A stretch of DNA of 64,000 nt from Eledone cirrhosa (taxonomy: Eukaryota), in assembly GCA_964016885.1 (NCBI GenBank), contig OZ024743.1, positions 100,440,001 to 100,504,000 of the forward strand, given 5' to 3'. Within the stretch, counting starts at the first letter, position 1. Every line of letters begins with the position of its first letter. The notes beneath the pieces were generated by a model that was not told the DNA's origin, did no database searches, and saw only the letters and a program-made list of their open reading frames with translations. The position numbers were made by a program, and so were the translations under genes. Below are positions 14,743 to 27,592 of this stretch, one piece after another.

Positions 14743-15141
14743 ATTAAGTCAAATATTTAAAATTTGGCTTCGTTTGTTAAAGATGTACTGCTATATATAT
14801 TTTGGTGACATCTATCATTGGCTGTGACCTCTTCAGGCAGTCCGAATTGGTGTGGTAGAGACAGGTACACATGTTGTTGAAGTGTTTTACTCCGTCAATA
14901 CTCCGATATGTCCAGCTCCTGGTTGGGTTGTTATTTCTCTGAGGAACTGGAATCATATCTAGTATAGACGGAGTATATTGGAGTATTGACGGAGCAAAAC
15001 ACTTCAATAACATGTGTACCTGTCTCTACCACACCAATTCGGACTGCCTGAAGAGGTCACAGCCAATGATAGATGTCACCAAAATATATATAGCAGTACA
15101 TCTTTAACAAACGAAGCCAAATTTTAAATATTTGACTTAAT

Positions 15142-15145
<4 letters not shown>
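14739..15145. mobile_element. Penelope-like fold-back element, 171-bp arms
   Basis: Arms 14739-14909 / 14975-15145 with about 3 mismatches, 65-nt spacer, flanked on both sides by (TA)n. Confidence 0.7.
15043..15097 (+). ncRNA. Type I hammerhead ribozyme (GAAA mutated to AAAA; mirror copy on - strand in left arm)
   Basis: Helix I ACTGC/GCAGT; CTGAAGA 15048-54; helix II GGTcACA/TGTcACC; AAAA 15081-84; palindromic helix III ATATATAT; AUA cleavage triplet. Confidence 0.65.
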
Positions 15146-15182
<37 letters not shown>

Positions 15183-15862
15183 TTTTCAATTGCTATTTTA
15201 ATTTTTTTAAATTCTCTGTATCAAATTGTTCGTATATATCAAATTGAATTTCAAATTTTGTATGTAAACTTTCGGGATTTTCAATTAAATATATTTTTCA
15301 TGTAAAATTGCATGCTGGCTATTTTACATGAAAAATGTAGAATTGTACTTTAGTCCTTGCTCATTACCCCTTTCATTGCCATATTTCTATCGAAATGCCC
15401 TACCTTTGACTTTCAAATAATTTTGAAAATACTCAAGAATTTGGAAGGGATTTATTAATATAACAAATTTTCTCATTATTTATCTCATTATTTAGCTTAC
15501 ATAAACTTATAAGAAAATTTAAAGAAATAAATATAACCATTTTAAATCAAATGATTTTCTATCATCGAATCAGAGCCGGTTTGAAGCGGTTTGTTATCAG
15601 AAGGGGTTAGAAATCATGAACCATTAACAAGATGTGTATTAATTCCACAATATTTGCCAGAGCTGGGACGGAACATTAAATTCGGTAGATAAAGAATTTT
15701 CTGATGGTCCTTTATTTTAGAAGATACGATTTTAAGTTTCTCTTTTCATTGGGTCTTGCATAAAAACCCGTGACTATTTAATGAATAAATTAAATATTGA
15801 CTTTATTATGATTTGACTGACCTTAACGCTAAAGTTTTATCTTTTGGTTCCAGTTCGAATTA

Positions 15863-15940
<78 letters not shown>

Positions 15941-16144
15941 ACGATAAGTTAGTGGCATCGTTATTTGTTCCGGTTGATTGCACTCAAATCCTGATGAGGT
16001 CAACTTTGCTTTTCATTCTTTCGGTGTCGATAAATAAAGTACCAGTCTAGGGTCAGTGGATTGGCGAAATTATTAAGTTGGGTGGGTTGTTTTGTGATAT
16101 CCTATCCGGGTCTATGCGTTTTGAGTTCAAATCCTGCCTCCTTC

Positions 16145-16395
16145 TGCCAGGAGTTACAAACGGTAAATCCTCACTGCTATTGGAGCGGAGTTGGTTGTCC
16201 GCAGGTGCGAACACCGTCAGGTGGAGTGGCTGTCCAGCACATCTCATTCACCATCCTCCAGGGCAATGTCTTCTTCCTGTCAGCCAGGATCACGAGGCAG
16301 ACGACATATTAGGGTAGGAGTAGGGTGGCAGTCTTCAGACGAAAGGGTTAACAATACTGACACACTCACAACTCAACTTAACATCAAATAAAACA
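16145..16395 (+). mobile_element. CRE-like non-LTR element 3' fragment
   Basis: QHISFTILQGNVFFL resembles the QRLSIAIQRGNA motif at the end of RLE-type elements; degenerate. Confidence 0.45.
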
Positions 16396-16809
16396 TAAGA
16401 CATAAGTTCAAATTGCAGCAGTTGTATCAGCAATGGAAAGACCGATGGAAACATTCTTTCCTTGGTCTTATCTAGCGATCATAGTTTCCTTGGTCTTATC
16501 TAGCGATCAGTTTCTGTTCTTTCATTTTTAACTGTCTTCCATTTCAGATTATTTGTATGCAGAAAGAAAATGTTTCACTTTTCCAAATTTGAACATATTG
16601 AAAAGTGAAGATGTGTAAAGGTTTCTTGTCTCAGTGAAACAAATCTGGTTCATATTTCTAGATGAAACTGCTTCTATGTCATGTATATAAGTATTGTATT
16701 GGGAAAGATGTAAATGCTACGCTGTTCCATCTTCTCTCTCTAATAATTGTGAGACTAATCAAAAGAAATTAATACTTTGATCGTATTTATGATATTAAAT
16801 CTTTTCCTA

Positions 16810-17430
16810 ATATTGATTTCTAATGTAAGCAGAGGGCCAGTAGTTTATGGGGAGGGGAAAATCTATTGCATCGACTTCAGTACTTGATTGGTACTTTATT
16901 TTATCGACACCGGAAGAATAAAAAAACAGTTCCCTCGGTGGAATTTGAACTCAGAACGTAAAGAGCCGGGACAAGTGCAGCAAAACATTTTGTCCGATGC
17001 TCTAATGGTTCTGCCAATCCACCATACTCCAAATCTCTTCCTGATATTCTAATCTCTTAGGGTGGTGGGTTAACAGATTCGTTAGGGCGGCGAATAAAAT
17101 GCTTTATGGCATTTAGTTACGATCCTTTATGTTCTGATTTTAAATCCCGCTACGTCCAACTTTGCCTTTCCCTCTATCAGGGTCGATAAAATATAATTGT
17201 TTCTACTTTTGGCACAAGGCCAGCAATTACCCAGTGCATCACCGGTACTTTATTTTATCGACCCCGTAAGGATGAAAGGCAAAGTTAACCTCGACGGGAT
17301 TTGAACTTCAGACCGTAAAGGTCCGTAACTCTGTGCTGCAAAGCATGGCGTCGAACCCTCTACCGTAAACATAATCGACTATATCCCTCCTCCTAAACAA
17401 TTGAGACCTTGTACCTATGTTAGAAATCAA
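16810..17430. mobile_element. Cluster of nested tRNA-derived SINEs (family A)
   Basis: Repeated GCCTTTCATCCTT..GGGGTCGATAAAATAAAGTACCAGT core and B-box GTTCAAATCC in both orientations. Confidence 0.8.
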
Positions 17431-17923
17431 TATATTTTCTTGGTAAAGTCGTTAGAATACCAAACAAAATGTCAGTATTTAATTCTTTACACTCTCAATT
17501 CCAGGTTAATATTGTCTTTCTTCCGGTGTTGATAAAGAAATGATCTGGAATTGTTTATTTTGTGGTTTTTGTTCCGGTTCTCTGCGTTCTGAGATCAAAT
17601 TCGGTGGGATTCGAACTTATAATGCAGAGCCGGAACAAATACAACAAGGCACTCTGTCCGATGCTCCAGCGCGTTTCTTTTATTTTCATTTTAACTATTT
17701 TCAGAAATTCTTATATAAGAACTTAGAGACATTGGTACGCATCCCCGGACCAATGATTCTAAGTTCCTAGACAATAATTTATGTAAATAGTTTAAATTGA
17801 AATAAAAGAAACAAGTAGCGTAGCCAGAGGGAGGGGGGGTGCTCCGAGTGACACTTTGGGGTCTGCTGTAGGCTATAAACGTTCTTTTAATGCTACAGAA
17901 TAATATTATAAGTGGACACAGAC

Positions 17924-17969
<46 letters not shown>

Positions 17970-17975
17970 CTTTAA

Positions 17976-18196
17976 CCCTTTAGCATTTAAACTGGCCATA
18001 TTCGGCCAGAATTCTCTCACCTCTTTCTTTTCAAACCGGCTGTATCCAGCCACTCATACTGATGTTAAGGTATCGTTCTCAAAATAAATAATATCAAAAT
18101 CTCATAGTTTTGATATTATGTAAGATAGTTATGTGAAAAAAAGCATTTACTGTGAAAATACAATAGTATATATCAAGTAATGTAAATACTGAAGGG
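17976..18196. mobile_element. piggyBac-type MITE
   Basis: TTAA TSDs; TIRs CCCTTTAGCATTTA / TAAATACTGAAGGG; nested in an older CAGTGGCGTA-type element (~17815-18297); sister copy at 44110-44291. Confidence 0.8.
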
Positions 18197-18663
18197 TTAA
18201 GAGTGAGTCACTGAGCAATATGTATTTTTTTGTGGGGACCCGGGGCGGAGAACTGAAGGGCTGCCCCGGGCGGCACAGACTCCAGTTACGTCACTGACAT
18301 CGGAATGCCTTGCTAGTGTTTGAAGGATGTGGCATAAACGGTAGAATACAGGTCTAATTCTTTAGTTACATTCTTTTGTGTTCTGATTTCAAATACAGAT
18401 ATTTGTCTTCTATCTTCGTGGTATCGATTTTAGAAGTACTAAAAACAGACCTGCCAACCTCTAAAATCCCAAACGGGAAGAAATGAGGCAAAATGGGGAG
18501 ATTTACAAAATGAAGGCTATACCCATTTTCACAAGAGAAGACATCTCTCACCCACCCACTCTTATTTAGTGTGGAGCTTAGAGCTTCAGTTACAATTATG
18601 TTATGTCGGTAAAGATTGTATTATCATCCCATTGTTATTTTTTCACTTCAGATCTTGTAGAAG

Positions 18664-21600
18664 ATGAGGAACTCTGTACCAATATTTACCTCTATCTGCT
18701 GCTATTTCCTGTTCCTTCATGGTTGTCATAGCGAACATGTTCTTAGTAGGAATGCACGTGAGTTACCAGGTGGAACTGAACATGATTATTCACCAGGGAA
18801 ACTAGCCGCAAAAGAAGAGACCACTTCCCAAGTACCGCCATCGACAGCTGTCTCATCCAATTCAAATGTTTTAAGAAATACAAAGCGTACTTCATCCAGA
18901 GTATTCAACCAAGAAAATATAAGAAATAACAGAATGAATGATGGAAGACAAAACACAAGGTCAACTCCACAAACACGACGTTCCTCAACTGAAAATGTTT
19001 CTTCGAGAAGGAATAGTGATTCTAGTAGGATATTGCAGGAAGTTCGTTATGATAAATCAAACACAAGACGACAAACTGACAGCGCACGACGAAATTCCCA
19101 AACACGTGACGTTTCAGTAGTTTCAGTACTTTCTAGGTCAAGAAGATCTAGATCCGTTGAAGGCACCAGTAGAACTCAAGAAACCCGTAGAGAAATATCA
19201 AATGGAAGACAAGTAGATCACGTACGCCGAAATTCACTGAGACTTGACAATTCTGTAGTTACCAGCACACGAAGATCTAGAAGTGTTGATTCTGGCCGGA
19301 AAATACGAGAAATCCGTAGAGAAGTATCAGATACCAGACGACATATGGACGACACTAACCGAAATTCACTGGCAGTAGTTTCAAGAAGACAGAGTTCTAG
19401 ATCTATTGATTCTAGAAGGAGAACACAGGATACTGGTAAACGAAATACCGACAACACTCGCAGAAATTCCTTTACACGCGAATCCTCAATAGATTCTCGA
19501 ATTCAAAGGTCGAATTCTGTTCATGCTACCAGAACTAGAATACAAGAAAATCGCAAAGAAATATCTAATGGAAGACGAGAAATGGACAACACTCGTAGAA
19601 ATAATCTTAGGCGAGACTCTTCAGTAGTTTCTAGAACTGGAAGGTCCAGGTCAGAAGATGCCACAAGAAGAATGAGGGAAATTAATAAAGATGTATCAAA
19701 TACAAGACGGGAAATGGACAGCACTCGCCGCCACATTCTTACACGGGATACCCAGGATGTCATTAAAAACCAAAGGTCCAGATCTTTAGACTCTGGCATC
19801 CCAAATACAAGACGACAAATCGTTGATGCTCGCAGAATTTCCCAGACCCGTGATGCGTCAGTAATTTCTAGAACACGAAGTTTAAGATCAGTTGACTCAA
19901 ATAGGAGAGTTCAAGATACTCGAGATGTCGTTAGAAACCAAAGGTCCAGATCTTTAGACTCCAGCAGAAGGACACAAGATGTTCGTAGAGAGATCCCAAA
20001 TACAAGACAACAACTAGATGACGTTCGCCGAATTTCCCAGACCCGTGATGCTTCAGTGCTTTCCAGAATACGAAGTTCAAGGTCGATTGATTCCAGTAGG
20101 AGAGTTCAAGATACTCGTACAGAGATATTAAGTACTAAACGACAAAGAGATAATACACGCAGAAATTCACTAACACGCGATTCTTTAGTAGATTCTAGAA
20201 CTCAAAGGTCAAGGTCTGTTGATTCTGCCAGAAGAGTGCAGGAATTTACTCCTCGAGTTTCGAATACAAGACGACAGACGGACAACGCTCGCCGAAATTC
20301 TATGACACACGATTCTTCAGTATATTCCCGAACACGAAGATCTAGTACTGTTGAATTCAGCAGAAGACGAGACGTTAGCCAAGAAAGATTAAATACAAAG
20401 CGACGAGTAGACGAATCTAACCGAAATTCAATGACTCGTAACACTCCTTTAGTTTCTAGATCTGAAAGGTCTAGATGCGTTGATTCCAACAGAAGATCAA
20501 GGGAAATTGTTAATGAAATATCAAAAACAAGACGCCAGATAGATAATATTCGCAGAAACATTCTTACACGTGATATCTCAGATGTTTCTAGATCTCGAAG
20601 GACCAAATCACTTGATTCCAGCAGAACACAGGATCTTCGCACAGACATGTCAAATACGATGCGACAGATAAGCAACTATAGAAGACATGCTGTAACACGT
20701 GATACTTCAGTTTCTAGGGCTCAAATGTCCAGATCCATTGATTCCAGCCGAAGAATACAAAATACTCACAGAGAAATATCAAACACAAGACGAGAAGTAG
20801 ATAACACACGCAAAGAACCTTCCAATACAAGGCGTGTAATAGATTCCGCACGGCGAAATTTAGCTGTTCGTGATAAAAAAGAATATATGTCTCGTTCAAG
20901 TGATTCTGAAAGAATGAGGCACAGTATTCGCCAAAATGTACACTATCGTAAATCTCGAATGGATTATGAAAACCAGAGACCCATTTCAATTGATTCTCAC
21001 GTGAAATTAGGTCGAGCAAGATTAACTCGGGGTGTTCGCGACGGACTAACTAATACAAGGCGACAAGTAGACAGCAGTCGTCAAATGGCATTGCTTGGTG
21101 AATCTAGAGATGTTTCAAGAAACCAGAGATCTAGATCTGTTGATTTCAACAGAAAATCAAGACAAGTAAGAATAACGTCTGATAATGGAGACAGTACGTC
21201 ACACACCAGACGACATGTAGATGATATAGATCGACATCCAATGGCACGTAGGTCTATTGAATCTAACATAAGGGCGATTCGTAAGGAAATGTCCAATAGC
21301 AGGCGTCGGGTAGATGATACTCGTCGAAATAGCGTGATTCATGAATCCCGTGGTGTTTATAGAAGACAAACATTCAGATCCGCTGATTCTGATACCAAGT
21401 TAAATCAAGTAAAAATGACACGGAACGCTCACGAAAACTTTGCTAATATCGCGCATCAAGTGAGAAGAACCAGTCAAAACGATTTGGCTGACGTCTCCCA
21501 AAAAGCTTATAGAAACCATAGATCTATATCTAAGTCGCGTCAACAAATTCGCGAGAAAAGATCAGAGACTCGCCGTCAGATAGATACACCACATCAACAT

Positions 21601-22247
21601 TCAATTAGAAAAGTTTCATTACTAGGCTCGGAAAATCAGCAAACCAGGTTTGTTGATTCAAACCAAAGGTTGCAGACATCACACACTCGTCGTCAAGTTG
21701 CTAATACTCGCCAAAATGCTATACCTCATAAATCTAGAACTCGACAATTCCAGCGCTCAAGAGTGACTATCAGAATTGCAAAAATAGTTGATGAAGAGCC
21801 TTTAAATAAACAAGAAATTAAAATATTTGAAAGCCTGAAACAATCTTTAGTTTCAGATATATCTTTCTTCTTGTCAAGAAACTTTGGAGCTATTGTCGTT
21901 ATAAATCTGGAAAATAAACCATCATTTGTAACGCAGTCTTCAAACAACACTCTATTCGACTTGACGTTGCCTTCATTAACTCCATCGAACCAAACAGTTG
22001 GATGGAACAGTAAGATATCGCTAGAAGGCCCGGAGAAGAGTATTCATTTGGCAGATAACGAATATACTCGACTAACATTTCCATCACCTTCCATTCTTTC
22101 TAGTCACAGTATGACACAAAAATATAATGATAATGGCGTCAACGACGAAGTATTATCGCCAATGGGAAAAATAAATGCTTTATCAAAAGACATTGTTACA
22201 TCGTCATCAAACAATATGCAGCAATATATACCACAAGAACACGCGAG
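18664..22247 (+). CDS. Novel secreted Arg/Ser-rich tandem-repeat protein, coding exon 1 (gene model join 18664-22247, 24229-24295, 25863-25951, 27593-27725; ~1290 aa)
   Basis: 3.6-kb uninterrupted ORF in AT-rich DNA; acceptor tttttcacttcag just 5' of ATG; signal-peptide-like MRNSVPIFTSICCYFLFLHGCHS; ~44-aa repeats; phase-2 donor AG|gtttgt at 22247. Confidence 0.88.
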
Positions 22248-22716
22248 GTTTGTAAACTTAAATCTTATTTCTCTTTCTATGAAATTCATAGTTTAAAGAC
22301 GGAAAAAACAATAATGAAATTAGTTTTAACATATTTAATGTAAGGGACATTAGGAAGCCAACAAAAAATATTTATATGGTGAAGAAAAAACTATATTAAT
22401 CAATGACTAATATCATTTTTATATTTTCGGCAAATACGGGAGACAATTCTGGACATATTTCGATATTATTCTGATTATATAACTTTCATTATACTTACCG
22501 AAGTGTTGATGAAAAAGAATCACTCAGTAAAGATTGTGCACTGGTTGGTGTAAGGAAATAGTATTGTTTAGAAAATATATTTAGCGATGTCATCAACATA
22601 GACAAAACAATAGAGATGTCAGTATTAGTATGTTTAAACAATAGATATGTCAGTATTAGTATATTTATTGCAAGGAATATATAAAAATACTATTTAAAAT
22701 ATTTATGTGGTGAGAA

Positions 22717-22776
<60 letters not shown>

Positions 22777-22779
<3 letters not shown>

Positions 22780-23007
22780 AAAGAATGTGTGGTAAGGAAG
22801 CAGGTGGACCATAACACACCTGAATATTCTATACTTAGAGTAGTAGAGTGGGTAATAGGAAAAGAGTCAGGACCCCGATGGCTGAGCTCCGGCCGTTTCG
22901 ACAGCTAGATCCGAACTAACTCGACAGATTGCCGGGTTAGTTCGGATCTAGCTGTCGAAACGGCCGGAGCTCAGCCGTCGGGGTCCTGACTCTTTTCCTA
23001 TTATATA

Positions 23008-23045
<38 letters not shown>

Positions 23046-23105
23046 CATATAGGAAAAGGTTTAACCCCGACGGCAGAGCTCAAGCCGTTTCGATGGCTAT
23101 TTCTG

Positions 23106-23109
<4 letters not shown>
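22777..23109. mobile_element. Penelope-like fold-back (22853-23003) plus second terminal fragment (23049-23109)
   Basis: ~74-bp arms; GAAA-cggc..gccGTC-ggggtcc at 22957-22986; same family as 7545-7737; in (TA)n. Confidence 0.6.
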
Positions 23110-23169
<60 letters not shown>

Positions 23170-23284
23170 TAATAAAAGGAATTCCAACTTTGTCTGATTT
23201 ACTCGTTTTATTTACAATCCTTTAAAATTTATAATGGTATTAGAATGAAATAGTATGGTAGAATATTAAATGTTAAGTGTTAAT

Positions 23285-23323
23285 TGAACAAGTACTTTCA
23301 TGCTTTCGCAATCTTCCGGTTCA
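23285..23323 (-). ncRNA. Compact type I hammerhead ribozyme (core CGGAAGA here; intact CTGAAGA in mirror arm 23592-23598)
   Basis: Minus: TGAAC-CGGAAGA-tTGC-GAAA-GCAt-GAAA-GTACT-T-GTTCA; helix I TGAAC/GTTCA, GNRA-capped helix II, palindromic helix III AGTACT. Confidence 0.65.
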
Positions 23324-23395
23324 TATTATGTGGTGACAGTCAAGTTTGCAATTTTCAACTGTTGAAAATTGCAAACTTGACTGTCACCACATAAT

Positions 23396-23576
23396 TGTTT
23401 CTACTTTTGGCACAAGGCCAGTAATTACCCAGTGTATTACTGGTACTTTATTTTATCGACCCCGTAAGGATGAAAGGCAAAGTTAACCTCGGCGGGATTT
23501 GAACTCAGAATGGCAAGGGCCGTAACTCTATACGTCAAAGCATTGGGTCCGACCCTCTACCGATACTGCCAATTCA
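23396..23576 (-). mobile_element. Young tRNA-SINE (family A) inserted in a palindrome arm
   Basis: Highly similar to 34717-34900, 60324-60514, 61603-61788; TSD (tca)ccacataat. Confidence 0.85.
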
Positions 23577-23652
23577 CCACATAATATGAACCTGAAGATT
23601 GCGAAATATTAATATAATCTTCTATACACAATCATACACACCCGTGTATATT

Positions 23653-23686
<34 letters not shown>

Positions 23687-23695
23687 CGTGTGCGT

Positions 23696-23731
<36 letters not shown>

Positions 23732-24228
23732 AAAAGGTAAACAAAAATAACAACACGATCGGTATATGTTGGCTATGAATCGAAGTTGCAGCCGCCATAT
23801 AGCAGGTAATAAATAAGAAGCAATTGTTTTCCAAGATGTACGGGAGACAACTCCCAAATTTAAGCTACTTTCCAGAAAATCATCGCATTAGAAATCCCAT
23901 ATTTATGAACGTACACTATACAATTACCCACCCCATCCCTGTTATTTGAGACCCCAGAGTACATACAGTATCCACCTTTTGGTTTCATTCAACTTAAAAA
24001 TAGTAGCCATATCTCCCGTATAAAATATTGTATTTCCTTTTTTAAAAAATCAAATGACGTTCGTAATTACTATTGTACTCTATTGTATTCTAGTTTCTGT
24101 ACTTTACGATTAAATTTATTGCCTTAATATGAAGAACCACCAGAAAGTTCTGGAATAATGAGTCTTGTTCAAAAACACAATATATTGTACGTTATTGGTT
24201 CTTTAAAATCATTATGTTCTGTTTTCAG

Positions 24229-24295
24229 TGAAATTCTTTCCACGACAGAAGCTGATACTAACCTATTTGATATAGCCAGCATTGCAGCATTAAAG
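24229..24295 (+). CDS. Novel Arg/Ser-rich protein, coding exon 2
   Basis: ttctgttttcag acceptor, AAG|gtaaat donor; phase 2 to 0 fits; EILSTTEADTNLFDIASIAALK. Confidence 0.65.
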
Positions 24296-25280
24296 GTAAA
24301 TACTATTAGTTTTTCTACTAAGACAACAAAGCCAGTTTGTGTGGAAGGGAGATAGATACTTGTATCAACACCAGTATATTACTGGTGTTTATTTTATGAA
24401 TCTTGGGACAATGAACAATAAAATTGATCCTGATGAGATTTGAACTTGAACCTGAAAAATGAAACTAAGTACTATATTGTCTCAGCTACAAAATATAAAG
24501 TATTGAGTTGTTTTTTAATATTGTTTTATACCAAGTCAGCTCTGATCAAACAGACCTATGATCAAAGGGTTCCAGCCATGACCACCCCATGTTATTTCCA
24601 GACAAAGTATCCAGAACTACATTATTTAATGTACACTTACTTTTGTTTATGATGGCAAGGTGTACTCTGAGGGGATTTTGGCTGCTATTTCTAGCAGGCA
24701 AAACGACTACTTACATGTTCCCTCATTTTCTCATGACTCATATGAGTTACAACATCTACACCTTTTCTTTTTATTACTCACCACACTCCTATGCTAGAGC
24801 AACTTATCAGAGTTTCTATGTGTAAAAACAAACATTCTCAATTTTCAGTAAGTGAAACAACTAATATTTTCAAAAATAAACAACATATACAAACCCCACC
24901 GCCAACACATGTTTCTTTCCCCCTAACTTTCTTAGTAACGAAGATATTTTAATAGAATTTTGCAGAGAAATATTTCCCATGACACAGACAATGATTATGT
25001 TAATAAAATATTTTTTTAATTAATTTTTTTTAAATACTTCCATTATTGTATACCATTCTGTTCGTAAATACTTCCATTTACTGAATTCTTGTTCTTTCTA
25101 GTTTCTCTCCAAGTGTCCAACACAAAATATGGATTCCTCATATCTTCCCTAAAATGGCAGTTTCAGCTGTTTGATTCTACCCCAACTACTGCTCATCTCA
25201 GGTCGGTGATCAACTCAGTTCCAATCAATGGACAATCACCGAACTGAAGGCCTTCAACACCAAATTCAACGAATTTGACA

Positions 25281-25560
25281 TGTATTTTATCATGGCACCA
25301 GTACTACCACTTTACAGGGTGTACTGGGTGTATTTTATCATGGCACCAGCACTATCACTTTACAGAGTGTACTGGGTGTATTTTATCATGACACCAGCAC
25401 TACCACTTTACAGAGTGTACTGGGTGTATTTTATCATGACACCAACACTACCACTTTACAGAGTGTACTAGGTGTATTTTATCATGACACCACACTACCA
25501 CTTTACAGGGTGTACTGGGTGTATTTTATCATGACACCAGCACTTACATCTAACAGAGTA
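25281..25560. repeat. 48-bp minisatellite
   Basis: Unit tgtattttatcatgacaccagcactaccactttacagagtgtactggg, about 6 copies. Confidence 0.9.
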
Positions 25561-25680
25561 GACATGGTATCTTTTATTGAAATCCCAGCACTAACTCTTT
25601 ACTGAATTTAGCAATAAATTTTTATACTTCAGTAAACTTATAATCTTTAAACATTTCTTTTATTATTGTTGTTGTTGTTA

Positions 25681-25832
25681 GGGCAGTGGATTGCCAGTAT
25701 CTGAGTTCAAATCCCTTTGCCTTTCATCCTTGCGGGTCAATAAAATAAAGTACCAGTCATGCACTGGGGTCAATTTAATCGACTTTCCCCTCCCCCAAAA
25801 TTGCTGGCCTTGTGCCTAAATAAGAAATCATT
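25681..25832 (+). mobile_element. tRNA-SINE family A (internally deleted)
   Basis: Head gggcagtggattg, B-box gagttcaaatccc, core gcctttcatcct; tail abuts the exon 3 acceptor. Confidence 0.75.
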
Positions 25833-25862
25833 ATTATTGTTGTTGTTGTTATTTATCATCAG

Positions 25863-25951
25863 ACTCCGTCACTTCCAAAATCTGAAGAATCATCAAATGA
25901 TGAAACTCTTGGAAAATATTTCTTAGAAATCTTGGGAAATATGACAAACAG
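25863..25951 (+). CDS. Novel Arg/Ser-rich protein, coding exon 3
   Basis: ttatcatcag acceptor, AG|gtatgt donor; phase 0 to 2; TPSLPKSEESSNDETLGKYFLEILGNMTN. Confidence 0.65.
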
Positions 25952-27169
25952 GTATGTATAGTTTCTACACATATTTTAACTAATACCAAAGTAGTTGGTG
26001 ATAGAAATGGAAGGTTGTCAGACTAAATCTCTTTTTTGCTGAGGAGGCATTAGTGGGAAAGATTTTTCCTTCAAGGTTGAGAAATTTACTAGTAATATAA
26101 TTGTTTTTACAGCTCACACTTGCATAGATTTAGCCTCCTTTCAGATTGTATCTAACAGGTTTCTTAGGTGTTTTAAAAATATGTGCCCCAACCCTATTAT
26201 GTCAACATTTTTCTAGTGACAGGAAGCAAGATATCCAGTTTAATGCTCTATTACCCAATTCACCACCCTATGTGTTTGGTATTTTATCAACCCCAAATTG
26301 GTGAAAAGAAAATACTGACTTGAGCAGTACCAGCTCAGGGTTGGCAGATTGGCAGAACTGTAAGATCATTAGAGGTAATGTTTTGCAGTGATTGTGCAGA
26401 CTCTCTAAGTTTGAGCAGCAAATTAGCAGTCATTAGAATATCAAATAAAGTGCTTTGTGGCATTCTTTCAAGCTCTTTGCATTCTGAGTTCAAATCCTGC
26501 CAAGATCAAATTTGTCTTTTGACCTTTTGAGTTCAATAAAGTATTGGGATCGATTTTTCTTCTATATCTCTTTTTCACTTCCTCTTCTTCTCTGTAAGAA
26601 ACTGGCTGTGTTCACAGCTGAGAGGAGAGGCTTCAGCAGGATTTACAGGTTCATACATACTATGTTCTAAGTACCCAGGTTTGTGTAGTTAGATTTTCTG
26701 TATCTGACTAATAGGGTGTCAATTAAACAAACACCCAAAGGAAAGCAGTGGGAAACCACCATTGTATTTCCAATGGAAATTTCAAGAAAATCCCAAAGTA
26801 TTTATCAATATTGTCATGTAGAATCATCCTTTGGTCTGATGTATCAAAGATTGAAGAAGAGGCAGCTACAGGGTGGTAGAATGGAGGGCAATAGACTATT
26901 TAGGTGTGTTACTTTCAAATCACACTGTCATCAACTTTGTCTTTCATTCTTCCAGAACAAAACACTACCAGTCATACACTAGGGAAAAATTAACTTTTTT
27001 GATACCAAATATCATTTCTTTTATTGCACTTGTTGATACCAAATCATCCCAGATTTTATATAAAACTTTGTTTTAAAGTGTTTATATTTACCTAGAAAAC
27101 ATTGGTCATATGTTTATGTAATAAGTTTATTCTCAAAACACCAGCTTAATAATGAAAAAATTAAGTATA

Positions 27170-27469
27170 CAGTGTAACCCCAGCATTCGCAGTCCCGGTT
27201 ATTCGCAGAATTTTCCTTAGAACCTAACTAATAATTGTTGATGGAAACTACCACATATTCGCAGAATCATAAATATCTTTTTTAATGACATTTTTCCTGG
27301 CAATATATATTTTTTCATGCTTTTTAACACTAAATTATTAATAACAATATACCGTATGTTTTGACGTTTATAGGCATTTTTATGGACCACATCCAATATT
27401 CGCAGTTTCTCACTCTTCACATTCTAGGAATGTAACCTCCGCAAGTACTGGGGGGGGGGGGGGCAACTG
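27170..27469. mobile_element. Tc1/mariner (pogo/Tigger-like) MITE
   Basis: TA|CAGT...ACTG|TA termini with imperfect TIRs. Confidence 0.6.
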
Positions 27470-27592
27470 TATTACTAAATCCCACCAAATTTTTCATTAT
27501 TTTAAAAATGATTTGAAAAATGACAGGCAGTATCTTTCATTTGATGACAGTGATGGTAGTCATGGTGATGATAGTTATTTCTTTATTCATAG

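Noticed and set aside
18563-18612. TATA-like TATTTA plus Inr TCAGTT as promoter of the novel gene
   Set aside because: Spacing is short and it would imply a ~43-nt intron; cannot be supported without TSS data.
19218-22289. Antisense ORFs and many TCTAGA/AGATCT palindromes within the large exon
   Set aside because: By-products of Ser-Arg codon repeats on the coding strand.
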